Assembly: GCA_041287245.1 (NCBI GenBank)
Contig: JBEULP010000026.1
Location: 1-21,347 of the forward strand
DNA length: 21,347 nt
Source of the DNA: Infirmifilum sp.
GTDB taxonomy: Archaea > Thermoproteota > Thermoprotei > Thermofilales > Thermofilaceae
Reading direction: 5' to 3'
Shown here piece after piece: positions 7,507-16,070 of this stretch. Numbering within the stretch: position 1 is the first letter of the stretch; each line of letters starts with the position of its first letter. Both the position numbers and the translations under genes were made by a program. The notes under the pieces were generated by a model. The model was not told where the DNA came from, did no database searches, and worked only from the letters and a program-made list of their open reading frames with translations.

Positions 7507-8763
7507 ATGGCGTCGGGCCTGCAGTATCGGCTTTTATCGGTGCTGATGGTCGGCTGGGCTGTGGGCGCTCTCTACGCTGGCCTGGTGAGCGGCACTCTAC
7601 CTCTCATCCGGTCTGAGCTGGGCTTGAGCCCGGAGGAGGCGGGTAGGGTTTTAAGCGCGTGGCTGGTTGGTATGCTACTTGGAGCTGCACTTGCAGGCTA
7701 TGCGTCGGACTGGGTTGGGAGGAGAGCCACTCTCGCCGTGTCGGCGCTTCTCATGGCTGTCTTCACACCTTTGAGCTCGGCTGCTAGGGGCTGGGTTGAC
7801 CTGGCTGTCTACCGTGTCCTTGCTGGGGCGGGTAACGCGGGGTACATGGTGACGGCTAGCGTGTTGCTGAGCGAGTACGCCCCGGCTCGGGTTCGCGGCA
7901 GGAGTGTCGTCTTGTTGGAGAGCGCCTGGGCTGTGGGCTGGCTTGCATCCCTGCTCCTCTCGAGGCTTTTGGCGCCGAGGTATGGCTGGAGGCCTGTGTT
8001 TGCAGTTTCGGGTGCCGCCGTAGCGCTGGTCCCAGTCTTGCTGTTTTCCGTTCCGGAGTCGCTGAGATACCTCATTGCTAGGGGCTATGTAGATGAGGCT
8101 CGTAGAGTGGCTGCGAAGCTCGGCGTAGAGCTGCCTGGTGAGAGGCCTGCGGGGCGGGGGAGTATTAGGGAGCTTTTATTACCCGCGCACAGGAGGAGGA
8201 CCTTGATGCTCTGGATACACTGGTTCTTCCTCGTCTTGGCATACTGGGGGATTTTCCTCTGGCTAACAGACATCCTCTACGCTAAGGGGCTTCCTTTTGT
8301 GAAGAGCCTTGACTATTCTATCGCGATTACCCTAGCCCAGGTTCCAGGATACCTTGCGGGGGCTTACCTTATCGAGAAGGTTGGGAGGCGTTGGACTCTA
8401 TCAAGCTTCATGCTGGCGGCGGGGGTGGCAAGCGTGGGCATGTGGCTCGCATCTTCCGAGGCGGAGGTACTACTCTGGGGCATCTTGGTCTCGTTCTTCA
8501 ACCTCGGTGCGTGGGGTGTTACCTATGCCTACACGCCCGAGCTTTACCCGACGAAATTGAGAGGTACAGGCAGTGGCTGGGCGAACGCCTTCGGTAGGAT
8601 TGGAGGGATAGTCGGACCCTACCTAGCCGGTGCTCTCATAGGGGCTACGGGGAACCCCCTCATACCGTTCTTGGCCTTTGCATTTGTCCAGCTAGCCTCA
8701 GCTGTTGTGGTCGCTGCACTGGGGGTTGAGACGAGAGGGATAGCTCTAGAGGAGCTGGCATAG
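7507..8763 (+). CDS. MFS transporter, NiaP/YceI (SV2/AAHS-like) family
   Basis: 12-TM pattern; SDWVGRR and IEKVGRR motif A; PESLRYL; SFFNLGAWGVTYAYTPELYPTKLRGTGSG..RIGG as in NiaP-like carriers. Start ATG 7507 chosen from TATA-like TTAATAAA near 7478-7485. Confidence 0.85.
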   Translation: MASGLQYRLLSVLMVGWAVGALYAGLVSGTLPLIRSELGLSPEEAGRVLSAWLVGMLLGAALAGYASDWVGRRATLAVSALLMAVFTPLSSAARGWVDLAVYRVLAGAGNAGYMVTASVLLSEYAPARVRGRSVVLLESAWAVGWLASLLLSRLLAPRYGWRPVFAVSGAAVALVPVLLFSVPESLRYLIARGYVDEARRVAAKLGVELPGERPAGRGSIRELLLPAHRRRTLMLWIHWFFLVLAYWGIFLWLTDILYAKGLPFVKSLDYSIAITLAQVPGYLAGAYLIEKVGRRWTLSSFMLAAGVASVGMWLASSEAEVLLWGILVSFFNLGAWGVTYAYTPELYPTKLRGTGSGWANAFGRIGGIVGPYLAGALIGATGNPLIPFLAFAFVQLASAVVVAALGVETRGIALEELA

Positions 8764-8846
8764 CGCGTCGCAGCGTGGGGTTTAATGAAGCGTTTTCGAC
8801 GTGTTAATATTTTTAAGCTGTAGACACCTATTGGAGGATGGTTGTT

Positions 8847-9491
8847 ATGTTCGTAGTGATCGTAGGTGGCGGCAGGGTAGGTCAATCCATAGCGGGTTTT
8901 TTCTCGAGGAGGGGGGACAAGGTTGTAATTATCGAGAGGAAACATGAGACTTGTGAGTCGATAGCTAAGAGCGTCGACGCTGTGGTCTACTGCGGAGATG
9001 CGAGGTCTAAGAGGCTGTTGCAAGACGCGGAGGTGGATAAAGCTGATGTCCTCTTCGCAGTTACGGACAACGATAATGTAAACTTGAGGGTTGCAGCCAC
9101 AGCCAAGGAGCTAGGCGTCCCCAAGGTTGTCGCTAGGATAAACCATGGTGAGAACTGCGATACTAAAGTTTTACAGGACGTAGACGTGCCGGTCTGCATA
9201 GACGAGATTACCCCCGACTTGTTTATCAGTGCTGTTGTGAACCCCGAGTACAGGTATCTCTTGAGGGGCGGGGGCAACGCGGTAGCTCTTATCCGCGTGC
9301 AGCCTGAGTCTAGGCTCGTAGGGGCTAGGGTGGGGGGGCTTGAGGACGATGCACTGATCGTGGCTCTAGTGGCGCGGAAGGGTGTTTACATGAGGGCTGA
9401 GAAGGATCTTGTCCTAGCGGGTGACGACGAGATTATTGTAGCTGGGAGCGAGGAGAAGATTGCATCGCTCATCGAGAGGTTATACGAGTAA
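8847..9491 (+). CDS. trkA: TrkA/KtrA-type RCK regulatory protein (TrkA_N + TrkA_C)
   Basis: VIVGGGRVG Rossmann motif, GDA, AVTDNDNVN, VVAR, C-terminal RCK_C (L.GDDEIIVAG). GGAGG at 8833-8837 favours ATG 8847 over 8838. Confidence 0.88.
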   Translation: MFVVIVGGGRVGQSIAGFFSRRGDKVVIIERKHETCESIAKSVDAVVYCGDARSKRLLQDAEVDKADVLFAVTDNDNVNLRVAATAKELGVPKVVARINHGENCDTKVLQDVDVPVCIDEITPDLFISAVVNPEYRYLLRGGGNAVALIRVQPESRLVGARVGGLEDDALIVALVARKGVYMRAEKDLVLAGDDEIIVAGSEEKIASLIERLYE

Positions 9492-9578
9492 AGGAGTGGA
9501 TAAGCCTAGCCTTCGCGTGTGCGTTCTGGTGGAAGGAATATAAGCTTAGCATGAATTTTTCAGCTTGGTGTTTGGCGC

Positions 9579-10304
9579 TTGACAGATCTCTACGGTTTAG
9601 AGCTGCAGGGTGTTCTCGTAGTCGTTGCCAGTCTAGTAGCGACTGTTATTATCGGCTATCTCTTCTCGTACGTTACTAGAAGGTCTCTTAGAAAGTATAA
9701 CCCCTTGCTGGCGGAGGCGCTTGCCCGCTATGGTTCTTGGACCATATACATGGCTGGGGTATTGTTCTCGCTGGAGCTCCTAAACTTGAAGCTTGAGACT
9801 TTACTCGTCTTCATCGTTTTCATCGGGATCCTCGTTGTGATAGGACTTAGGGACACGCTGCCAAACTACTTTGCTAGGCAGTTTATAGAGATGTACCAGC
9901 CGTTCAACGTGGGCGAGTGGATAGAGGTCGACGGCATCACAGGCAGGGTTATAGAGGTGAACGACCTGTACACCCAGCTCGTAACCCCGTCTCACGTCAG
10001 AGTTCTCATACCTAACCGCGTCTTCCTAGAGAAGGGAATCAAGAACATCTCTAGGAGCGGGGGTGTAATTGTACCGATATTCTTTAATATTCCTTTAACA
10101 GGTGACGCCGAGAAAACCGTCGAGAAGATTGTAAAGGCAATCCAGGAAGACGTGAAGGAGGAGGGCGCAGAGGAGCCGGAGATCAGAATAGTGGAGGTGG
10201 ACAAGGACCACCTGAGAGTCGCGGTAAATCTTAGGATACTGAACCCGCAGCGTTTAGAAGACGTCCGCTCCAAGATACTCTTAAAGGTTAGTAAGCTCAT
10301 TTAA
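9579..10304 (+). CDS. mscS: Small-conductance mechanosensitive channel (MscS family)
   Basis: 3 TM helices, then LRDTLPNYFA, PFNVGEWIEVDGITGRV.EV, IPN..F...IKN; TTG start. Confidence 0.9.
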   Translation: MTDLYGLELQGVLVVVASLVATVIIGYLFSYVTRRSLRKYNPLLAEALARYGSWTIYMAGVLFSLELLNLKLETLLVFIVFIGILVVIGLRDTLPNYFARQFIEMYQPFNVGEWIEVDGITGRVIEVNDLYTQLVTPSHVRVLIPNRVFLEKGIKNISRSGGVIVPIFFNIPLTGDAEKTVEKIVKAIQEDVKEEGAEEPEIRIVEVDKDHLRVAVNLRILNPQRLEDVRSKILLKVSKLI

Positions 10305-11661
10305 CATTCAGGAATTTCCTTTCTCTCCTACTGGCATATGCGGCGTAGAGCAGGAACCCAGCGAAGAGCCAGGCGAACCCCACGATACGGCCCTCCTCGT
10401 GAGTGGCTACGACCATAAGCCACATCAAGAGGTTTGCAAGGAAGCCTACTATCGCGCCCAACGGAATGCTGTACCTCCGACCCTTGTATCTAATCGTAAC
10501 GTTCCCCGGAACCATGAAGGGCCTGTACCTGTAGGGGTCCTTTATCCTTAGAGCTACAACAGAAAGATTCACAACCATGTAGGATAGGAGCGCGCCGAAA
10601 TTGTAGAGGTCAGCCGCTAAGCCCAAGTGCCCCATGAAAGCTAGAAGCAGCTGGAAAACAGCGAACACGATGATAGCCCTATAAGGCGTCTGGAACTTAC
10701 GATGTAGAGTCGTCAACCACTCTGGAAGCATACCCTCCTCGCCCATGGCATAGACCATCCTGGAGACGCCAACCACCCCGGTGTTCGTAGCAACGTAACA
10801 GACGGTCATGCCGATAATCGAGACCCAGAGAGATAATATCGACCCATAGGGGAGGTGCTCAGCCACCACGGCGGCGGGGTCCTTTTCCGACGCGGCGAGA
10901 GTCTCCCATCCAACCACCCCGAGGGCAAGCGTCGAGAAAAGAAGGGCGAACATGATAACCACAACGCTCACCAACTTGACGGCTAGAGGTATCGTTAAGC
11001 CGGCCTTCTTAGTCTCACCGGCTGTCTGGGATATAACCTCGATGCCCAGGTAGGAAGCCATCGCCACGGTTGAGCCGTATAGAAAACTATTCCAGGTGGG
11101 GTTCCTGCCCAGGGATATTTGGTCGAAGAACGGCTTAAAACTAGTGGTGTAGCCTACCAGCATTATCAGCGATAAACCGGCAATATCCATTATCACAAGT
11201 ATCGATGAAACGTTAGCCGACTCCTTAATGCCGAGAATGTTGAGTACTATGAGCGAGGAAACGAGTAGAGTCGCGGTAACCCCGAACAATGGGTCGCCCT
11301 TTAAGGGTGGGATTAGGTGTCCAAGGTAGCCTGTTGCAGACAAGGCGAAGATAGAGCCCGTCACAATGTAGTCTAGAAGAAGGCTCCAGCCCGCGAGGAA
11401 AGCTACAGCCCTGCCAAAAGCCCTCTCAGCGAACTTCATACCACCGCCGGCTTCAGGCATGCTTGAGCTGAGCTCCGCGTAGCTGAAAGCTGTGAATAGA
11501 TACGAGATGCTTGCGATGGCGAAGGCTAACGGCGTAGCAGGGCCAGCGTGGGCCGCGACAAGCCCTAGGGTCATGTAGATGCCTGCGCCTACGTCGGCAT
11601 AGCCAAAGCTGAAGGCGCCGAGCAGGCCTATTCTACGGCGAAGCCTTTGCTCCTTATTCAT
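10297..11661 (-). CDS. APC-superfamily permease
   Basis: 12 TM; GYADVGAGIY (TM1), SYAELSSSMPEAGG, YLGIEVISQTAGE (TM6), SRMVYAM, HRKFQTPYRA, YRPFMVP. Confidence 0.9.
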   Translation of the reverse strand: MNKEQRLRRRIGLLGAFSFGYADVGAGIYMTLGLVAAHAGPATPLAFAIASISYLFTAFSYAELSSSMPEAGGGMKFAERAFGRAVAFLAGWSLLLDYIVTGSIFALSATGYLGHLIPPLKGDPLFGVTATLLVSSLIVLNILGIKESANVSSILVIMDIAGLSLIMLVGYTTSFKPFFDQISLGRNPTWNSFLYGSTVAMASYLGIEVISQTAGETKKAGLTIPLAVKLVSVVVIMFALLFSTLALGVVGWETLAASEKDPAAVVAEHLPYGSILSLWVSIIGMTVCYVATNTGVVGVSRMVYAMGEEGMLPEWLTTLHRKFQTPYRAIIVFAVFQLLLAFMGHLGLAADLYNFGALLSYMVVNLSVVALRIKDPYRYRPFMVPGNVTIRYKGRRYSIPLGAIVGFLANLLMWLMVVATHEEGRIVGFAWLFAGFLLYAAYASRRERKFLNVK

Positions 11662-11751
11662 AGCGCATCACTGCTCTAAAACTAATCAAGCAGGCTAAGA
11701 GCCTCTGGAATTGGGAAAGAATCTATGAATAAAAATGTATTGTAAGAAAAA

Positions 11752-12165
11752 CTACTTTTTCTGAGCCTTGCCCAGGACTTTAAGTATCTCGATGGCTACG
11801 CCTAGACCCCTCTTCACGTCAGGGTCCGACATAGCCGCTGGTAGGCCCATAATGCCCACAGGTTTAGGCTCCTTCTCCATCGCCTTCAGGACATCTCCTA
11901 GAAGCGATGCCGAGTTGATCAAGGAGTCCGGGTCTATTTTTCCAAGAGCGTCAAGTATATCGTCTAAGCGGTCTATAAGCTGCAGAGTAGAGGGTCTCAG
12001 CAGGATCTCAGAGAGCCTCCCGACCAGCTCCGGGTCCAGGATGTCCCGAACCGCATCTAGGAAGCCCATGTTGTTCAGCTTTACAAGCGTGTCAAGGAAC
12101 TTCTCTAACGCCTCCCTCCTCTCGGGAGTAAGTATCTCCTCCAAACCTCCCGGCATGCTTACCAC
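11752..12165 (-). CDS. DUF1641 (YjgD/YjlC-like) helical membrane-associated partner protein
   Basis: C-terminal PVGIMGLPAAMSDPDVKRGLGVAIEILKVLGK motif; coupled to the upstream oxidoreductase (alternative start ATG 12156). Confidence 0.85.
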   Translation of the reverse strand: MVSMPGGLEEILTPERREALEKFLDTLVKLNNMGFLDAVRDILDPELVGRLSEILLRPSTLQLIDRLDDILDALGKIDPDSLINSASLLGDVLKAMEKEPKPVGIMGLPAAMSDPDVKRGLGVAIEILKVLGKAQKK

Positions 12166-13340
12166 CTACCACCAGATCTTAACATCTCGTCTGTAGCCTC
12201 GAAGTAGGCCTTAAAGATCGGGCTCCAAAGCTCGGGGTATTTAACTGCGCCCCAATAGGTGGCTACGAACAGGTCTTCCATTAGACGCTTAAACCTCGAA
12301 AGCCTCACAGGCATCGGCGGGTGGTCGTAGTCGCTTATGACGAACAAACCCTTGCCGTCTGTGATTAAGGGGCAGTTCGTCCTCCCGTTGTACCTGGCGT
12401 CGAAGCCCTGTAAACGCTGTGCAACCACCTCTGCCTGCAGGTGTGCCGTGACGCCGCTCTTCGAGGTGGGGGCGTTGGTGCAGTCGCCTATAGCGAACGC
12501 GTCATCAAAGCCTACAATGTTGCTCGTATACTTGTCGATCTTTATGAAGCGGCTCTGATCCCTAACCTCCTGAGGCTCAACGGTGTAGCTGGGCCCGCTG
12601 TGCGGGGGTATAACGGAGGCCACGTCGAAGGACAGCTCTTCGCCTTCAAGGCTTATAATCTTCTTGTTCTTAACGTCTATCTCGTTCACGGTGAAGAAGG
12701 TGTGGAGCTCTATACCCCTCTTCTCGATCTCGGGGTCTATAATATCCGCTATGGTCTTGGAGGGGTATGAGTGGGGGACTGGGACGGCGAGGACAACTTT
12801 AACCTTGCCGCTCAACCCCCTCCTGTTGAACATATCCCACGCTAGAAAAGCACCCTTGTGCGGACCTGGTGGGCACTTGTACACGGGGTCGGCAATCCCT
12901 ATGACGAACCTGCCCTCCCTGAGATTAAGAAGTGACTGTTGAAGCTTCCTCGCGTTCTCGATGGTGGAGTAAAAGTCACCGTGCATCTGGACTAGCTCCG
13001 AGTGCCCGGGGATAGCGGTGTAATCCAGTTCCGCGCCGCTGGCAAGCACGACGTAGTCGTAGTGAAAAACCTTGCCGCCACTCGTAGATACAGTTCTCTC
13101 GTTTAGGTTTACAGAGGTAACCTCATCCTGGACCAGCCTCACCCTTGGTTTTAAAAGCTCCCTTATAGGTCTGACAAACCTCTCTCCACTCTCGCCTTTA
13201 AAAGCCACCCAGAGGAACCCAGGCTGGAACACGTGGAGGGAACTCTTATCAATCACGGTGACGTCAAAATCCGGGGGTAGGAGGTTGGCAAGAATTGCCC
13301 CTCCACCTCCCCCACCTACAACTACAACCTTTTTAGCCAT
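12159..13340 (-). CDS. sqr: Sulfide:quinone oxidoreductase-like FAD-dependent oxidoreductase
   Basis: VVVVGGGGGG FAD loop, FQPGFLWVAF, YDYVVLASG, YKCPPGP, IPPH, FAIGD, SKSG..AH.QA, YNGRTNC: the SQR/FCSD redox Cys pair. Confidence 0.82.
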   Translation of the reverse strand: MAKKVVVVGGGGGGAILANLLPPDFDVTVIDKSSLHVFQPGFLWVAFKGESGERFVRPIRELLKPRVRLVQDEVTSVNLNERTVSTSGGKVFHYDYVVLASGAELDYTAIPGHSELVQMHGDFYSTIENARKLQQSLLNLREGRFVIGIADPVYKCPPGPHKGAFLAWDMFNRRGLSGKVKVVLAVPVPHSYPSKTIADIIDPEIEKRGIELHTFFTVNEIDVKNKKIISLEGEELSFDVASVIPPHSGPSYTVEPQEVRDQSRFIKIDKYTSNIVGFDDAFAIGDCTNAPTSKSGVTAHLQAEVVAQRLQGFDARYNGRTNCPLITDGKGLFVISDYDHPPMPVRLSRFKRLMEDLFVATYWGAVKYPELWSPIFKAYFEATDEMLRSGGRW

Positions 13341-13361
13341 AAAAGAACACCTGGAAAAAAA

Positions 13362-13595
13362 CTATTTTTTGGCTACAACCTTGATCTTAGCCTTTATAAC
13401 GCCTGTGTCCTTCGTCAGCTCTACAAGCTCGTTTCCAGTACGCTCAACCCACGCTTTAACGTCCGGCTCGAAGCCAGGGTCAGTCGCCATTACTACTATG
13501 ATATCACCGTTCTTCGCGTTACGGTACGCCCTGGTTAGAGCAGAAATTGGTCCAGGGCAGGCCATTCCTCTCGCGTCAACCGTTATCTCTGGCAT
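13362..13595 (-). CDS. tusA: TusA/SirA-family sulfur carrier protein
   Basis: VDARGMACPGP, GDIIVVMATDPG..DV.AW motifs; 77 aa from ATG 13595. Confidence 0.92.
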   Translation of the reverse strand: MPEITVDARGMACPGPISALTRAYRNAKNGDIIVVMATDPGFEPDVKAWVERTGNELVELTKDTGVIKAKIKVVAKK

Positions 13596-13604
13596 TACCC
13601 ACAC

Positions 13605-14012
13605 CTAGATGAAGATGACTTCGTACTCGGCCGTCTCCTTCATGAAGAAGGTGGCTCCGACAATATCGTCCACTATCGGATCCAGGTGCTCTTTCTTTAG
13701 TCCCAACGCCTCTGCAATTAGGCTGCAGACATAGACCTTTACATCTCCTACCTCCTTCGCCTCCTTAAGCATGTCGTACCAGCTTGGTGCATTCATCTTC
13801 TGGAGACCCTGCATTAGGCCTGGAACCATGTCCTCGAACTCTTTGGGGAAGCGGGGCTGAGGCTTGTTCTTGGTGAAGTAGGGGGTTGCGAATCCAGTTA
13901 CGAAGATCCTAACGGGGACACCGAGGTTCGCCGCAGTCTGTGTTAGGACGCCGAGCGGTATGAACTTGTCGGCTGTGCCCGAGAACATTATAATTGCTAA
14001 CCCTTTGCTCAT
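13605..14012 (-). CDS. DsrE/DsrF/DrsH-like sulfur-transfer (peroxiredoxin-like) protein
   Basis: LAIIMFSGTADK, VRIFVTG, VKVYVCS, DDIVGATFF motifs typical of DsrE2-like proteins; adjacent to tusA. Confidence 0.85.
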   Translation of the reverse strand: MSKGLAIIMFSGTADKFIPLGVLTQTAANLGVPVRIFVTGFATPYFTKNKPQPRFPKEFEDMVPGLMQGLQKMNAPSWYDMLKEAKEVGDVKVYVCSLIAEALGLKKEHLDPIVDDIVGATFFMKETAEYEVIFI

Positions 14013-14112
14013 GTTTCTTCAGCGATATATTACAATTAAATACAACTATTTATTTGTTTATTTCAAAATTTAGATATATTTATAATAAAATCTTCCCTAA
14101 AATCTTCGGGAA
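14013..14112 (-). promoter_or_regulatory. Very AT-rich promoter/operator region of the sulfur operon
   Basis: Sharp AT enrichment; imperfect palindrome AGATATATTTATAATAAAATCT (14072-14093); TTCCC-N10-GGGAA inverted repeat. Confidence 0.5.
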
Positions 14113-14297
14113 TTGGAAATGCATAGGTACCATCGAGCCTCCCTTAAATTATGGTTTTTTTCAACTCGCTCGCGAAAAAGCTACACCTTCTAAAGTTATA
14201 GTCGAGCTTTCACTTGAAAAAACAGTCGCATACACGAGGGAAGTCTTCAAAGGGTTTCTACGTGTATTATCCGGGGAGGTTGCCTGTGATCAGATAA

Positions 14298-14442
14298 GGC
14301 TAGGACTCACGTGTAGGGGGGCGTGCGGAAAACAAGGAGAGTTTATAGTGAAAGCTTGAGGAGAGAAGTCGAGGAAGAGTTCTGGGAGTCCTCTAATCTA
14401 TACGCTGCGAGGCCTGTTTTCGCCATGATAAGTCCACGTTAA
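14298..14442 (+). pseudogene. Frameshifted Nudix hydrolase remnant
   Basis: G-*-DSRVGGRAENKESL (14298-14345), then +1 shift to SESLRREVEEEF (14347-14382), rebuilds the Nudix box G-x5-E-x7-RE-U-x-EE. Confidence 0.55.
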
Positions 14443-15140
14443 GCCAGCCTCCGGCCGAAGCCCGCTGGGGAGGCGCTGTTGTTATAGACTTCTTCTACGT
14501 GGAATAGGTAGGCGGGGCGTCTCGCCCGGGCTTCCGGAGGGGTATAGTGGAAGGTGTCGTGGACGAGGCTTACGAACCTGTGGTAGATGTCGTTTTCGTG
14601 AATGCTGACGCTACACCTCACCTCGAAGCTTGTAGCGGGGGGCTGGTAGAACACTAGCGAAGCTTTTCCAGATCTTTGCACGATGCTCCAGGTGTGCTTT
14701 GACGAGTGGGGTATCCTTAGTGCGAGTTCCAGGCTTGCCAGTTTCTGGAAGTCTACTCTTTCGTCTGCTACATCATCAGGGAGGTATAGGAGGTCTAGTA
14801 GTAGATCTACCCCGCGGTCGGCGTGCCTAGCTAGGATTCTATCCTTGTCTTCCGGGTTTGCGGCGAGCTCTTCGTCGGTTGTCCTGACGTGGTCCTCGAG
14901 CCTAGCTACCGCCTCGCTAAGGTACTCTTTTTTCAACACGTAGCCGATACCGATCACTTTACCGTTTACTTCCATGGTGCCGTCCTCTCGCGGCGCCGCT
15001 GTACATAAAACAGGGTTGTGCCTGGTAAACTCTAGCTGAAGCCTGTAAGGGTCGAAATGCCCTCCGGATCTAAGGTTCTTTATAAGGGAGCGCCTAGCCT
15101 TGTAGTTCCAGCTGATAAACTCCTGGGGGAGACGCACCAT
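14439..15140 (-). CDS. Hypothetical protein, probably FMN-binding split-barrel (pyridoxamine 5'-phosphate oxidase-like)
   Basis: HNPVLCTAA, KHTWSIV....KASLVFYQPP..SFEVRC.V.IH, AYLFHVEEVYNNS pattern; TATA-like CTTAATAAG ~25-30 bp upstream of the ATG. Confidence 0.6.
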   Translation of the reverse strand: MVRLPQEFISWNYKARRSLIKNLRSGGHFDPYRLQLEFTRHNPVLCTAAPREDGTMEVNGKVIGIGYVLKKEYLSEAVARLEDHVRTTDEELAANPEDKDRILARHADRGVDLLLDLLYLPDDVADERVDFQKLASLELALRIPHSSKHTWSIVQRSGKASLVFYQPPATSFEVRCSVSIHENDIYHRFVSLVHDTFHYTPPEARARRPAYLFHVEEVYNNSASPAGFGRRLA

Positions 15141-15273
15141 AGACCAAGAAGGGCTACCATTCTTATTAAGTCTAACCTGTAGGCTTCGCCTGAGAGACTA
15201 CCAGGGGATAGCCTCGGAGTATTACCCGTGGCGGAGATAGACATCCTGGGGGTGAGAGCACCGGGTAATATTT

Positions 15274-16065
15274 TTACAAAAGGTATCTCCTGATCATGAG
15301 GAGAGTGAGCAGGATTAGGGAGGCTAGGATCACCAGGTAGTCGTACTTGCTCATCTTTAGCTTTCTATACCAGGTGTAGCATTTCCCAGCTCCAAAACCC
15401 CTGAGCTCCATAGCGTCTGCGATGTCGTAAACGTTGAGCGCTGCGCTGACCGTCACGGGGAGAATCAAAGGGATGACTTGCAAAATGCGGGCTAGGGGGT
15501 TCTTGCCTCCCCGCGGCTTATACCCTCTCGCCATCTGGGCTTCAAGGGTTTTCCGTAGCTCCGCGATCATCTCGGGGATGTATCGAAAGCTCAGCTCCAC
15601 AACGTACGCGGTCTTATATGGGAGCCCTAGCTGGCCCAGGGCTGGCGCGTAGAGGTTCGGGGGTGTTGTGAAGATGAGTGTCAAGGTGACAGTTGCTATT
15701 GAGAGTAGCCTCACCACCGGGGTTACGGAGTGCACAAGGTTTTCCATCGTTATACGTACTGGCCCGTACTCGAGCAGGACGTGCTCTCCCTTAGGGTAGA
15801 GGAGTGTCAGTGTGAAGAGGTTTAGAAACGAGAGGAAAAGAATTATCAACAATATGAACCTCCAAGTTGGGTATGTTTCCCGGAAGCTTAGCCGGGCTGA
15901 CAAGTAGAATGCCAAGGCTGCGACGAATAGGAGGAGGGTCTCAACAAGCCCGGGCGCTAGTAGTGTCGAAGCTATAAAAGCGGAGACAAAAACAAGTTTT
16001 GCACGGGGGTCGAGCTTGTGTACCGGGCTTTCCCCACCTATGTATCTTACCAGTCGCTCGCTCAT
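15274..16065 (-). CDS. ecfT: ECF transporter T component
   Basis: SPVHKLDPRAKL, RYIP, AQMARG, AMELRGF motifs. Confidence 0.93.
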   Translation of the reverse strand: MSERLVRYIGGESPVHKLDPRAKLVFVSAFIASTLLAPGLVETLLLFVAALAFYLSARLSFRETYPTWRFILLIILFLSFLNLFTLTLLYPKGEHVLLEYGPVRITMENLVHSVTPVVRLLSIATVTLTLIFTTPPNLYAPALGQLGLPYKTAYVVELSFRYIPEMIAELRKTLEAQMARGYKPRGGKNPLARILQVIPLILPVTVSAALNVYDIADAMELRGFGAGKCYTWYRKLKMSKYDYLVILASLILLTLLMIRRYLL

Positions 16066-16070
16066 AAACG

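Noticed and set aside
13994..14359. 121-aa plus-strand ORF
   Set aside because: It runs through the AT-rich promoter of the divergent operon and has no recognisable motif.
14323..14442. VRKTRRVYSESLRRE resembling an IS3 transposase N-terminus
   Set aside because: Only 39 codons with no terminal inverted repeats or DDE domain; better explained as part of a frameshifted Nudix box.
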